Assembly (NCBI GenBank): GCA_965248695.1
Contig: CBDFKD010000002.1
Span: 4,128,001-4,192,000, forward strand
Direction: 5' to 3'
Source: Acidobacteriota bacterium
GTDB lineage: Bacteria; Acidobacteriota; UBA890; WLXD01
Length of the DNA stretch: 64,000 nt
Shown here one piece after another: positions 10,401-19,742 of the stretch. The notes beneath the pieces are model-generated. The model saw only the letters and a list, made by a program, of their open reading frames with translations. It was not told where the DNA came from and searched no databases. The stretch's first letter is position 1. Every line of letters starts with the position of its first letter. A program made the position numbers and the translations under genes.

Positions 10401-10867
10401 GGGGCCCGAACGTGATGGGTGGCTATCTGGGTCGTCCCGACCTCAGCGCCGAGGTGCTCCGCGATGGCTGGTACGTCACTGGCGACATCGGCAAGCTCGA
10501 CGAGGATGGCTTCCTGACGATCACCGATCGCTACTCACGCTTCTCCAAGATCGGTGGCGAGATGGTGCCGCACGGCGTCGTCGAAGAAGCTCTCGAACGC
10601 TGCTCGGGCGTCGAGGACCGTAGCTTCGCCGTGACTGCTGTTGCGGATGTTCGTAAGGGTGAGCGCCTCGCCGTGGTGCATACGCTCAACGACGAGGACG
10701 TCCCCGGTGTCCTGGATCGTCTGCGGACATCGGATCTTCCCAACCTGTTCCGACCGCGCAAGGACGATTTCATTCGCGTCGACGATATCCCGTTGCTCGG
10801 TTCCGGCAAGACCGATCTCAAGGCGGTCAAGGAGATCGCGCGCGAGCGCCTGTCGACCGACACCTGA
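7461..10867 (+). pseudogene. aas: MFS (LplT-like)/acyltransferase/acyl-ACP synthetase fusion, split by a frameshift near 9464-9467 (real lesion or sequencing error)
   Basis: SQFFGAFNDN MFS, PNHVSFID and IFPEG acyltransferase in ORF 7461..9521; IIFSSGSTGEPKGV, YGITE, WYVTGD in ORF 9512..10867; joined reading LLPSS/VGGALVNIASALAGKVSVNLN. Confidence 0.85.
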
Positions 10868-10871
10868 CGCG

Positions 10872-11059
10872 CGGACGCCCCGGAGAATCCCACGGTTCCG
10901 GCCTCGAGCTTCCGGTGCGACGCGATTTCTCGAGGCTGAGGGCCCGCGGGATCCTCTGGGGCGTCCGGCTTCTACTTGTCGGGTGAGTGAGTGGTGGCGC
11001 TCGCCGCCCGGCTCGTTCACCCCGTTTGACGCTGGGCGGTCGAGCGCCGTCCCCCACTC
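10872..11059. terminator. Two long imperfect hairpins between convergent genes
   Basis: IR 10872-10908/10929-10967 and IR 10989-11012/11031-11059. Confidence 0.5.
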
Positions 11060-11070
11060 GCCAGATCTGG

Positions 11071-11853
11071 CTACGTCTCCATTGCTGGCAGCTCGATGTC
11101 GGGGATTGCGGCGTCGGGGATCTCGGCAGCGGGTACATCGGCGGGCGTCGCAACGTCCCACTCGCTTCCGGTGGTCTCGACGACCAACGTGACGCGTCGG
11201 TTCGTCATGCCGCTCTCGCCCGGGCCCGAGGCGCCCGGACTGACCTGCCGCGCTTCGGCCTCGCCGTAGCTGACCGTGCGGATCCGGTCGGAGCTCAAGC
11301 TCCCGTGGTCGACGAGGAACGTGCGCACCGCGTCGGCGCGCGCCTTGCCGAGTACCAGGTTGTAGGCCACCGGTCCGGCCGAGTCGGTGAACCCCTCGAC
11401 GGTGATCAGGCTGTCCGTGTAGTGCTCGATCATCACGGCGGCGAATCGCTCCAGCACCGGCAGATCGTCGTCGCGAAGCTCGGCGGAGTCGTATTCGAAG
11501 TGCACCGGAACGTTGAACGCCAGGGCGTTCTCGATGCGTTCCACAGAGGCGCTGAAAGCTACTGCCAGCGCACGCAGGTCAGACTCGAGCTGCGTCGTGC
11601 GAGCGCTGTTCTCGGCCGCGCGGCGATCGACGTCGCTGATACGGCCGTCCATGCGGCGCACGTCGCCATCCAATCCGTCGATGCGACTGCCTAGAGTCGC
11701 ATCGCCGTTGACAGACTCGGCGCGCAGGCCTTGCTCCAGGCGCGCCATCTCCGTCTGGAACTCCTGACGCTTGACATGCGCACAGGCCGTCGACGCCAGC
11801 AGCGTGACGACCGCGAGGGCGGCGAGGCCCGTTCGCGTGGTTCGGAACGTCAT
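11071..11853 (-). CDS. OmpA/Pal-family peptidoglycan-binding lipoprotein with coiled-coil N-terminus
   Basis: Lipobox STAC; VHFEYDSAEL, VEGFTD, YNLVLGKARADAV, SYGE, NRRV. Confidence 0.9.
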   Translation of the reverse strand: MTFRTTRTGLAALAVVTLLASTACAHVKRQEFQTEMARLEQGLRAESVNGDATLGSRIDGLDGDVRRMDGRISDVDRRAAENSARTTQLESDLRALAVAFSASVERIENALAFNVPVHFEYDSAELRDDDLPVLERFAAVMIEHYTDSLITVEGFTDSAGPVAYNLVLGKARADAVRTFLVDHGSLSSDRIRTVSYGEAEARQVSPGASGPGESGMTNRRVTLVVETTGSEWDVATPADVPAAEIPDAAIPDIELPAMET

Positions 11854-11965
11854 GGCGATACTCCTTGAATTGGACGGTCGGAGCTTTCAGGGACCCGTGT
11901 GACGGCCGGTCGCCCCGGCCGTGTGCCTGCAAGACGCAACGTCAACTGGCACTGCCCCTGTGTAA

Positions 11966-11981
11966 AGCAAGGCCCGTGCCA
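11966..11981 (-). promoter_or_regulatory. Sigma54 (-24/-12) promoter of the OmpA lipoprotein gene
   Basis: Minus strand TGGCACGGGCCTTGCT matches TGGCAC-N5-TTGC. Confidence 0.85.
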
Positions 11982-12106
11982 CGCACGCTGGCTGCCCGCC
12001 CGCCGGCCGCCAGGCGGCGAATCGGCCTTCCACGACAGGTCCTGCCGCCGATGCGTTGTCGTCACTGTTGTCCCGCGGTCGGGTCGACGGAGAGGAGACA
12101 AGGCAT

Positions 12107-12137
12107 GATTTACAGTCGGCCCATGTAAGATTTACAG
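12107..12137. promoter_or_regulatory. Putative enhancer (UAS) for the adjacent bEBP
   Basis: GATTTACAG twice, 22 bp apart, with TTACA...TGTAA dyad, about 125-155 bp upstream of the sigma54 promoter. Confidence 0.55.
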
Positions 12138-12223
12138 ACACGTGAGAACGCCGGTGGATGTGCGATGGGCGGCGCCGGCGCCCACGGCGTGCGCCGGCCG
12201 GCCGCGTCGGACGCCCTGGCACC

Positions 12224-13585
12224 ATGGGAGTCGGGTTGCCCACTGCACTGGTAGTAGAAGACGACGCGGATTCTCGCGACATCCTCGTGGAGTTGGTGCG
12301 CCGTGAAGGGTTTCGGGTCGAGGGCGCAGGCACCCTCGCGGCGGCCCGCCTGGCCATCGAGCGTGAGCCCGCCGATTTGCTGTTGCTCGACATGCGGTTG
12401 CCGGACGGCAACGGCAGCGACCTGCTGTCGGGCGACGAAGAGGTAGCCGGTGACGTCATCGTGGTGACCGGACACGCCTCGGCGGAGTCCGCTCTGGCGG
12501 CGCTGCATTCGGGGGCGGTGGACTACGTGGTGAAGCCGATCGATGTGCAGCGCCTGCGCACAGTGCTGCGCCACGTCCGGCGGCAGATCGAGCTGCGCCG
12601 CGAGGTCGGCGCCCTTCGCGGCACGCTACGCTCGCTCGGCCACTTCGGCGAGATGGTCGGAGTCTCCTCGTCCATGCAGCGCGTATACAGCCTCATCGGT
12701 CGGATCGCCGCGACCGACGCCAGCGTCTTGATCACCGGACAGACCGGAACCGGCAAGGAGCTTGCGGCGCGGACAATCCACAAGTTCAGTCGTCGACGGG
12801 GCGGACCCTTCCTGGCGCTGAACTGCGGCGCGGTGCCGGCGAACCTGATCGAGAGTGAGCTGTTCGGACACGAGCGCGGCGCGTTCAGCGGTGCTACGCG
12901 TCGCCACAGCGGCTACTTCGAGCGGGCTCAAGGCGGCACCCTGTTGCTCGACGAGATCACCGAGACTCCTCCGGAGCTGCAGGTGAAGCTCCTGCGCGCG
13001 CTCGAGACCGGCACGATCACGCGCGTGGGCGGTGAGCGCGAGGTGCCGCTCGATGTACGCACCCTGTCGGCCACCAATCGCACGCCATCGAGTGCCGTGC
13101 GCGATGGCAGATTGCGCGAAGACTTGCTGTACCGTCTCAGGGTGTTCCAGGTCGACATGCCGCCGCTGAGCGACCGCGAAGGGGACATCGATCTACTGTC
13201 ACGCCACTTCCTCGCCGAGCTTGCCGTTAGCGAAGGAGCTCAGAAACAGCTCGCTGCCGAAGCCGCACAACGGCTCGCCGTGTATCAGTGGCCGGGCAAT
13301 GTGCGCGAGCTCAAGAACGTGCTCTACAGCGCTTTCGTGCTGGCGGGAGATGTCATCGAGGTCGACTGCCTTCCGGTCGAGTTGCGTGAATATTCGGCTG
13401 CACCGTTAGCTTCCGGGCCGCTCGGCATTCACGTGGGGATGTCGGTCGCGGCGGCCGAGAAACGACTGATTCAAGCGACGCTTGACGCCGTCGAGGGCAA
13501 CCGTGAGGAGGCGGCGTCAATGTTGGGAGTAAGCGTCAAGACGCTGTACAACCGGCTACGCGACTATCGCTCCGAAGACAGCTGA
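12224..13585 (+). CDS. Sigma54-dependent response regulator (NtrC/AtoC family)
   Basis: REC (VVEDD, LLDMRLPD, VKP), GQTGTGKE, GAFSGA, LLLDEI, WPGNVREL, Fis-type HTH. Confidence 0.95.
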   Translation: MGVGLPTALVVEDDADSRDILVELVRREGFRVEGAGTLAAARLAIEREPADLLLLDMRLPDGNGSDLLSGDEEVAGDVIVVTGHASAESALAALHSGAVDYVVKPIDVQRLRTVLRHVRRQIELRREVGALRGTLRSLGHFGEMVGVSSSMQRVYSLIGRIAATDASVLITGQTGTGKELAARTIHKFSRRRGGPFLALNCGAVPANLIESELFGHERGAFSGATRRHSGYFERAQGGTLLLDEITETPPELQVKLLRALETGTITRVGGEREVPLDVRTLSATNRTPSSAVRDGRLREDLLYRLRVFQVDMPPLSDREGDIDLLSRHFLAELAVSEGAQKQLAAEAAQRLAVYQWPGNVRELKNVLYSAFVLAGDVIEVDCLPVELREYSAAPLASGPLGIHVGMSVAAAEKRLIQATLDAVEGNREEAASMLGVSVKTLYNRLRDYRSEDS

Positions 13586-13655
13586 ACCGGATACCCGTGC
13601 CCCCTGGCGCAGGCGCGCATCCGATCTGCGATACGCAACGATTATCTGCTAGCCG

Positions 13656-15263
13656 TTACGCACCGCTGGTCGGGGGATTCAGCGGCCAGGTAAACACGAA
13701 GGTCGCTCCGGGCCCGGGCGGGGATTGCACCCAGATACGCCCGCCGTGGCTCTCGACCACGCGCCGGCAGATCGCCAGACCGATACCGCTACCGGCGCTG
13801 CCACCGGCGCTCGTGAACAGCCCGAAGATGTGCCCGGCCTGCTCGGCGGTGACGCCGGGCCCGTTGTCGCGCACGCGGAACAGCCAGTGCGACGATTGTC
13901 GCTCGCCGGCCACGGTGATGCGTGGCGCTGCTTCACCGCGATGTCGGATCGCGTTGCCGATGAGGTTCTGAAACAGCAGCGTCAGATGATCTCGGTTGCC
14001 GCGTATGTGCGGCATGTCGCCGACCTCGATCTTGGCTCCGCTGTTGTGGATGGTGGCTTCGAGGTTGGCCAGCGCTGCCCCGACGACCTCGTTCGTGTCG
14101 ACTACTTCCACCGTCTCGGACCCACCTACCTTGGCGTACCGCAACAACCCCTCGAGCATGGATGCCATGCGTGCCGAGGCGCGTCGGGCCGGCTTGAGAT
14201 GGCGCTCGCCGGCACCCTCGAAGTCTTGCTCGAGAAGGAGTTGCAGATGCATGTCGACAACGCTGAGTGGCTCGCGCAGATCGTGGGAGATCACGTGCGC
14301 GAAACGCACCAGGTCGGCGTTGGACCGCTCGAGAGCGCGTGCCCGGTGCTCGAGCTGTTCCTCAGCGGCAAGCCGCGCGTCAGACTCGCGTTCGACCTCC
14401 GCCATCATCTCCGCCTGCTTGGTGCGGAGCCCTTCGGCCTGCCCGAGGCGCACGGCGCCCCCGAGGAGCACTGCGAAGGCCAGCCCGCCGATCAGTACGG
14501 TACTCGGCAACGCCGAACGTAGGCTGGCGAGAGTCGGTGGCGTGGGCCAGATCTCGACCGTCAGCTGGACTCCCTGGAACTCGACATCGCGCCGGCGCAC
14601 CCAATCCGCCATGGTTCCGTTCGGATCGCCGTCGCGAACGAAGAAACGGTCGCCGCTGCTCCCTATCGCCAGGGCGTAGTCGTTGCCGAGCCCGGTGGTG
14701 GTCGCCTGGGCCAGCGCCTCGGCATCGTAGATACAGATCATCACTCCCGCCGCCCCGGTATCGAGGATCACCGGTACCCGGACCGGTACTACCGGCTCGC
14801 TTTGCGGCCCGTCGATGACAGCCAGCAGGCGCACCGACGAAAGCCCTCCTCCGGGGCGCCAGGAAGACGCGTGTCTGAACACCCAGGCATCGACGGCCGG
14901 CGTGCTCTCGGCCCCCGCGGTACCTATTGACCACAACAATTCGGCCTCGCGCGATAGCCACAGGACGCGTTCGACGGCAGGCGTTCGTAGCAGGACCGCG
15001 CTCTCTACCTGGGCCATCGTCTCGCTCAGGCGCGTCAGCCCGATCCAGCGCACGGTCGTCCGATCTAGCCCGTCGCGGGTTTCCTCGAGCCGGATGCGGA
15101 CGTGCGCCGCCACGCTGTCGGCTTCGGCGTCGATGAGCCTGACGATGCGCGTGCGCTCGCGATTCAGGGCCGACTGCCAGGCCAACACGGCGAGCACCGC
15201 GACGACCCCGACCACCAGGATTGGTAGCCACGGCCAGCGTTGCGTCGGGGCGGGTGTTGCCAT
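13656..15263 (-). CDS. Membrane sensor histidine kinase
   Basis: Two TM helices around a periplasmic domain; H-box ISHDLREPL, NLIGNAI, DNGPG, GSGIGL. Confidence 0.93.
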   Translation of the reverse strand: MATPAPTQRWPWLPILVVGVVAVLAVLAWQSALNRERTRIVRLIDAEADSVAAHVRIRLEETRDGLDRTTVRWIGLTRLSETMAQVESAVLLRTPAVERVLWLSREAELLWSIGTAGAESTPAVDAWVFRHASSWRPGGGLSSVRLLAVIDGPQSEPVVPVRVPVILDTGAAGVMICIYDAEALAQATTTGLGNDYALAIGSSGDRFFVRDGDPNGTMADWVRRRDVEFQGVQLTVEIWPTPPTLASLRSALPSTVLIGGLAFAVLLGGAVRLGQAEGLRTKQAEMMAEVERESDARLAAEEQLEHRARALERSNADLVRFAHVISHDLREPLSVVDMHLQLLLEQDFEGAGERHLKPARRASARMASMLEGLLRYAKVGGSETVEVVDTNEVVGAALANLEATIHNSGAKIEVGDMPHIRGNRDHLTLLFQNLIGNAIRHRGEAAPRITVAGERQSSHWLFRVRDNGPGVTAEQAGHIFGLFTSAGGSAGSGIGLAICRRVVESHGGRIWVQSPPGPGATFVFTWPLNPPTSGA

Positions 15264-15272
15264 GTCGCTACC

Positions 15273-16088
15273 TCAGTGCCCGCGGCGCATCATCGCCGCG
15301 CGGATCGCCCATCCGGCAAGCACCCACCCACCGAGCATGGCCCAAGCGTAGCGATGCGCGTAACTGAGCGTGGGGAAGTGGTTGCTCAGCATGATCAGCA
15401 ATACCGGTAGGACGATGAACGTGTTGTGCCTTGAGCGCTGCTTGGCGCCGAAGCCCAGCGCGGGATCGAGCTGTGTCCCACTGGCGACCGCCGCCACCAT
15501 GCGACGCTGTGGCGGCAGAATCCGCATCCAGACGTTGGCGGTCATCACACCACCTAGCATCGCGCCGACGTGAAACCAGGCGGCGCGGGCGCTCAGCAAC
15601 TGCATCAGCGACCACGTCAGCGCCATCAGCAGCAGCAGTGAGATGGTGGCCGCGATCGGCTCCCGGCGCCCCAGTGGCGAGCTCCAGAGAACGTCGTAGA
15701 CAAACCAGCCGGCGACCAGGGCGCCGAGGCTCAGAACCACGGCCGTGATCGTTCCAGTGCTCGACCCGGAGGGCAGCAGCAACCCGCCGAAGGTGTACAT
15801 CAGCAGCAGCAAGGCGAGTCCGCTGATCCAGGTGAGCGCCGACTCCCAGCGTGTCCAATGCAGGGGATCAGGGAGGCGCTGGGGTCGCACGATCTTCTCG
15901 ACCCGATAAAATCCGCCGCTATGCACCATCCACACGGGCTCGTCGCCCGCATCGTCGCTGTCGGTGGGGCGGCGGAACTGCGCATCGAGCCAGGTAAACA
16001 GGAATGTCTGGCCGACCCAGAGTACGGCGGTGAGCACGTGCGTCCAGCGCAACACCAGGTTCAACGCCTCGTAGAGGGTTGCGTTCAT
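15273..16088 (-). CDS. puuD: Urate hydroxylase PuuD-type membrane protein (no cytochrome c domain)
   Basis: RWTHV, WMVHSGGFY, LHWTRWES, MTANVW..ILPPQR, AKQRSRHNT, MLSNHFP; located in purine cluster. Confidence 0.88.
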   Translation of the reverse strand: MNATLYEALNLVLRWTHVLTAVLWVGQTFLFTWLDAQFRRPTDSDDAGDEPVWMVHSGGFYRVEKIVRPQRLPDPLHWTRWESALTWISGLALLLLMYTFGGLLLPSGSSTGTITAVVLSLGALVAGWFVYDVLWSSPLGRREPIAATISLLLLMALTWSLMQLLSARAAWFHVGAMLGGVMTANVWMRILPPQRRMVAAVASGTQLDPALGFGAKQRSRHNTFIVLPVLLIMLSNHFPTLSYAHRYAWAMLGGWVLAGWAIRAAMMRRGH

Positions 16089-16207
16089 GGGTGCTCCTCG
16101 GATCGAAAACGCCAGTCGCCTTCTGACCTTAGCAGTCGCGGTCGTTACGCGGAGGCCGCCGTGCCGTTCGCCGTGGGCGTCGCGATCGCAAGCTCGGGTC
16201 GAACGCG

Positions 16208-18403
16208 TTGAGGCGCGTCGAGGGAGTCGACAAGCTCACCGGCGCCGAGCGTTACGTTGACGATCTCAGCATCCCGGGTTGCCTGTGGGGAATGACCGTA
16301 CGCAGCCCGGCACCCCGTGGACGCGTGCGCGAGGTGCGCTTCGGCGACGGGATCGACTGGTCGGAGTTCACCATCGTCGATCACACCGATATCCCCGGGG
16401 ACAACGCGGTCAAGCTGCTCGAGCTCGACCAGCCGGTTCTTGCCGCGACGCATGTCCGCCACATCCACGAGCCCGTTCTGTTGCTGGCGCACGCGTCACG
16501 CGAGATGTGCCGGCGGGCCGTGGCGGCGGTAGAGGTCATGGTCGAGCCTCAGAGCCCGATCTTCGACTTCGCGGTACTGCCGACCGAGGACCAGATCCAG
16601 CACGGGAGCGACAATGTGCTCAAGCAGCTGAGCATCGTCAAGGGCGATGTCGAGGCGGCGCTCGAGGCGGCAGCGTACGTCGTCGAGGGTACCTATGCGA
16701 CCGGCGCGCAGGAGCACGTGTACCTCGAGAACCAGGGCATGGTCGCCTGGGTCGACGAAGCGGGAGTGCTGGTGGTGAGGGGCAGCATGCAGTGTCCCTA
16801 CTACGTCCACACCGCCCTCAAGCATGCGCTCGGCCGCGACGACGACGGGGTACGCGTCATCCATGCGCCGACCGGCGGCGGATTCGGCGGCAAGGAGGAG
16901 TTCCCCTCGAACATTGCCGCGCATGCAGCGTTGTTGGCGTTGAAGGCCGGCTGCCCGGTGAAGATCATCTACGACCGTGGCGAAGACATGGCCGCCACCA
17001 CAAAGCGCCACCCGGCGCGGGTGCGCCACCGCACCGGGCTCGATGACGAGGGCCGTCTCGTGGCCCAGGACATCGAGCTCGACCTCGATGGCGGCGCCTA
17101 CGTAACCCTGTCGCCCGTGGTCCTGAGCCGCGGCATTATCCACGCCGCCGGTCCATATGCCTGCGACAATGTCCGCATCGTCGGCCGAGCCATGCTCACC
17201 AACTCCGTACCGTTCGGCGCGTTCCGTGGTTTCGGGGCGCCGCAATCGCAGTTCGCCAACGAGCGTCATATGGACGTCGTTGCGAAGCGTATCGGGTGGG
17301 ATCCGGCCGAGCTACGTCGCGTCAACTTGCTGCGCGAAGGCGACACCACCGCCACCGGCCAGGTCATTCGCGACGGAGCTGATCGGATCGAGGTACTGGA
17401 GGCGGCGCTTCACCACGGACGCTATGTGGAGCGCCAGGAGCGGCACGCCGAGTTCAACGCCGGCCACCCGTATCTGCGTCGCGGAGTTGGCCTGGCGAGT
17501 TTCTATCACGGCTCCGGCTTCACTGGCGCCGGGGAGGTGTATCTGAGCTCGCGCGTCGGGCTGGAGGCGCTGGCGGACGGCAGTGTATCGGTGCTGGCGG
17601 CGTCCACCGAGATGGGGCAGGGCACGACGACTGTATTCACACAGATCGCCGCGGAGCGACTGGGATACTCCCCGGCGGACGTCGCGATCGCCGAACCTGA
17701 CACTGCCGAGGTACCCGACAGCGGTCCGACCGTTGCCTCGCGGACGGTGATGGTGGTCGGACGCCTATTGGAGCGCGCTTGTGACGATCTGCGCGCCCGT
17801 CTGGAAGTGCCGACCGACCTTGCCGGCGACGGGCTCAAGGCGGCGATTCGACGCTGGCATGCCGACCACCCCGGTGAGGCGCTGGTCGCGGAAGCCGATT
17901 ACCAGAAGCCGGAATGGGTGGAGTGGGACGACGAGGCGTATCGGGGCGATGCCTACGCAGCATTCTCGTGGGCGACGTACAGCGCCGAGGTCGAGGTCGA
18001 CCTGCGCACCTGCGACGTTCGGGTAACCGACTTTGTCGCCGTGCAGGAGGTTGGCCGGGTGATGAACGAAACGCTGGCGCGTGGCCAGGTTCAAGGAGGA
18101 GTCGTGCAGGGAATCGGCTGGGCGCTGATGGAGGAGTGCGTGCTGGAGTCGGGCGCCATGCGCAACAACCAGCTCACGAACTACATCATTCCGACCGCCG
18201 TCGACGTGCCGCCGATTCGTGTCTTCTTCTTGCAGGAGGCCGGCGCCCCGGGACCGGGCGGCGCCAAGGGAATCGGGGAAATGCCCATCGATGGCCCCGC
18301 CCCGGCCGTCGTCAACGCCGTTGCCGCCGCGCTGGCGCGGCAGCCGACGTCGATTCCTCTGACCCCCGAGCGCCTGCTCGACTTGATGGAGAGCACCGCG
18401 TGA
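16208..18403 (+). CDS. pucD: Xanthine dehydrogenase molybdopterin-binding subunit
   Basis: QEHVYLE, MQCP, GGGFGGKE, AFRGFG, EMGQG, GPTVASR, KGIGE. Confidence 0.9.
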   Translation: MRRVEGVDKLTGAERYVDDLSIPGCLWGMTVRSPAPRGRVREVRFGDGIDWSEFTIVDHTDIPGDNAVKLLELDQPVLAATHVRHIHEPVLLLAHASREMCRRAVAAVEVMVEPQSPIFDFAVLPTEDQIQHGSDNVLKQLSIVKGDVEAALEAAAYVVEGTYATGAQEHVYLENQGMVAWVDEAGVLVVRGSMQCPYYVHTALKHALGRDDDGVRVIHAPTGGGFGGKEEFPSNIAAHAALLALKAGCPVKIIYDRGEDMAATTKRHPARVRHRTGLDDEGRLVAQDIELDLDGGAYVTLSPVVLSRGIIHAAGPYACDNVRIVGRAMLTNSVPFGAFRGFGAPQSQFANERHMDVVAKRIGWDPAELRRVNLLREGDTTATGQVIRDGADRIEVLEAALHHGRYVERQERHAEFNAGHPYLRRGVGLASFYHGSGFTGAGEVYLSSRVGLEALADGSVSVLAASTEMGQGTTTVFTQIAAERLGYSPADVAIAEPDTAEVPDSGPTVASRTVMVVGRLLERACDDLRARLEVPTDLAGDGLKAAIRRWHADHPGEALVAEADYQKPEWVEWDDEAYRGDAYAAFSWATYSAEVEVDLRTCDVRVTDFVAVQEVGRVMNETLARGQVQGGVVQGIGWALMEECVLESGAMRNNQLTNYIIPTAVDVPPIRVFFLQEAGAPGPGGAKGIGEMPIDGPAPAVVNAVAAALARQPTSIPLTPERLLDLMESTA

Positions 18404-18885
18404 CCGCCACAACCGCCGAGCTCATGGAGGTTGCCTTCAAGCTCAACGGCGAGGATGTCCGGGTGCAGACGAGCCCGAGCGCTCGGCTGCTCGATCTGCT
18501 GCGCTACGAGCTCGACCTTACCGGAACCAAGGAAGGGTGCGGAGAAGGCGAGTGTTGTGCCTGCACGGTCTACCTCGACGGCGATCCGGTGAACGCTTGT
18601 CTGGTGCCCGTATTTCAGGTGCGCGGTCGCGAAGTGATCACCATAGAGGCGATCGATAGCGGATCACTCGAGCCCATGCTGCTCAGCGGCGCCACCCAGT
18701 GCGGCGCTTGCACCCCGGGGGTTGTGATGACGGCGAGCTGGGTGAGGCAACATCCTGCCCTGCTGGAGCAGTTCTCGGCGCGCGAGCTGATGGCCGGCAA
18801 CCTGTGTCGGTGCACCGGGTACGACGGCATCATCGAGGGATTGCAGGCTGCACTGGAAGCCGACCAGGTCAAAGGAGGAGTCTGA
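18400..18885 (+). CDS. pucE: Xanthine dehydrogenase 2Fe-2S subunit
   Basis: GTKEGCGEGECCACTV, QCGACTPG, GNLCRCTGY; GTGA overlap with upstream stop. Confidence 0.9.
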   Translation: MTATTAELMEVAFKLNGEDVRVQTSPSARLLDLLRYELDLTGTKEGCGEGECCACTVYLDGDPVNACLVPVFQVRGREVITIEAIDSGSLEPMLLSGATQCGACTPGVVMTASWVRQHPALLEQFSARELMAGNLCRCTGYDGIIEGLQAALEADQVKGGV

Positions 18886-18889
18886 TCGC

Positions 18890-19720
18890 ATGCGTGTCTT
18901 GATGCCCGAGACGCTCGAGCAGGCCCTGCAGATGAGGGCCTCCGAGCCCACGGCGCAACCAATCGCCGGTGGCACCGACCTGATGGTCGATTGGCCCCTC
19001 AAGCTCGATCTGTCCGAGCGGGTGTTTCTGGATCTGAGCGCGGTAGGGGCCTTACGGTCGCTGGTATGGGACGAGGACACGCTCAGCATTGGCGCGCTGA
19101 CCACCTACTGGGACGTGCTCAGCGACCCGCAGGCCCGCACCGAGCTGTCGATGCTGCAAGCAGCCGCACGCACGGTGGGCGCAGTGCAGATCCAGACGCG
19201 CGGCACGTGGGCGGGCAACATCGCCAACGCATCACCGGCGGCTGACGGAGTGCCCGCGTTGATGGCGTACGATGCCGAGGTTGAGCTGGTAGGGCGGGGC
19301 GGTACGCGCCGCGTACCGCTGAAGAGCTTCTACCACGGATACAAGCAGCTCGAGATGCGGTCCGACGAGCTCATCACACGGGTGCTGCTGCCGCGGCGCG
19401 AGCATCGCTACGAGCAGTTCATCAAGGTCGGATCACGGCGCGCCCAGGCGATTACCAAGGTAGGGGTGGCGCTGGCCCACTCGCATGACGGCTGGCGCGT
19501 GGTGGCCAACAGCGTGGCGGCAACGGTCTGCCGGTGTTCGTGCCTCGAGCAGCTGCTCGATAGCGGCGACGAGGTGAGATCGCCGGACGATTTTCTGGAG
19601 GCCATCCGCGCCGACGTGTCCCCGATCGATGACATCCGATCGACGGCGCGTTACCGCGAGCGCGTGATGAGCCGCATCATCTACCACGCCCTGTGTTCTG
19701 AATACGAGCAGGTTCACTGA
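18890..19720 (+). CDS. pucC: Xanthine dehydrogenase FAD-binding subunit
   Basis: IAGGTDL, GTWAGNIANASPAADG, PIDDIRSTARYR. Confidence 0.9.
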   Translation: MRVLMPETLEQALQMRASEPTAQPIAGGTDLMVDWPLKLDLSERVFLDLSAVGALRSLVWDEDTLSIGALTTYWDVLSDPQARTELSMLQAAARTVGAVQIQTRGTWAGNIANASPAADGVPALMAYDAEVELVGRGGTRRVPLKSFYHGYKQLEMRSDELITRVLLPRREHRYEQFIKVGSRRAQAITKVGVALAHSHDGWRVVANSVAATVCRCSCLEQLLDSGDEVRSPDDFLEAIRADVSPIDDIRSTARYRERVMSRIIYHALCSEYEQVH

Positions 19721-19742
19721 ACGACCCGATCGCGAGCCAACC

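Noticed and set aside
11947-11962. Plus-strand TGGCAC as a second sigma54 promoter
   Set aside because: No GC at the -12 position.
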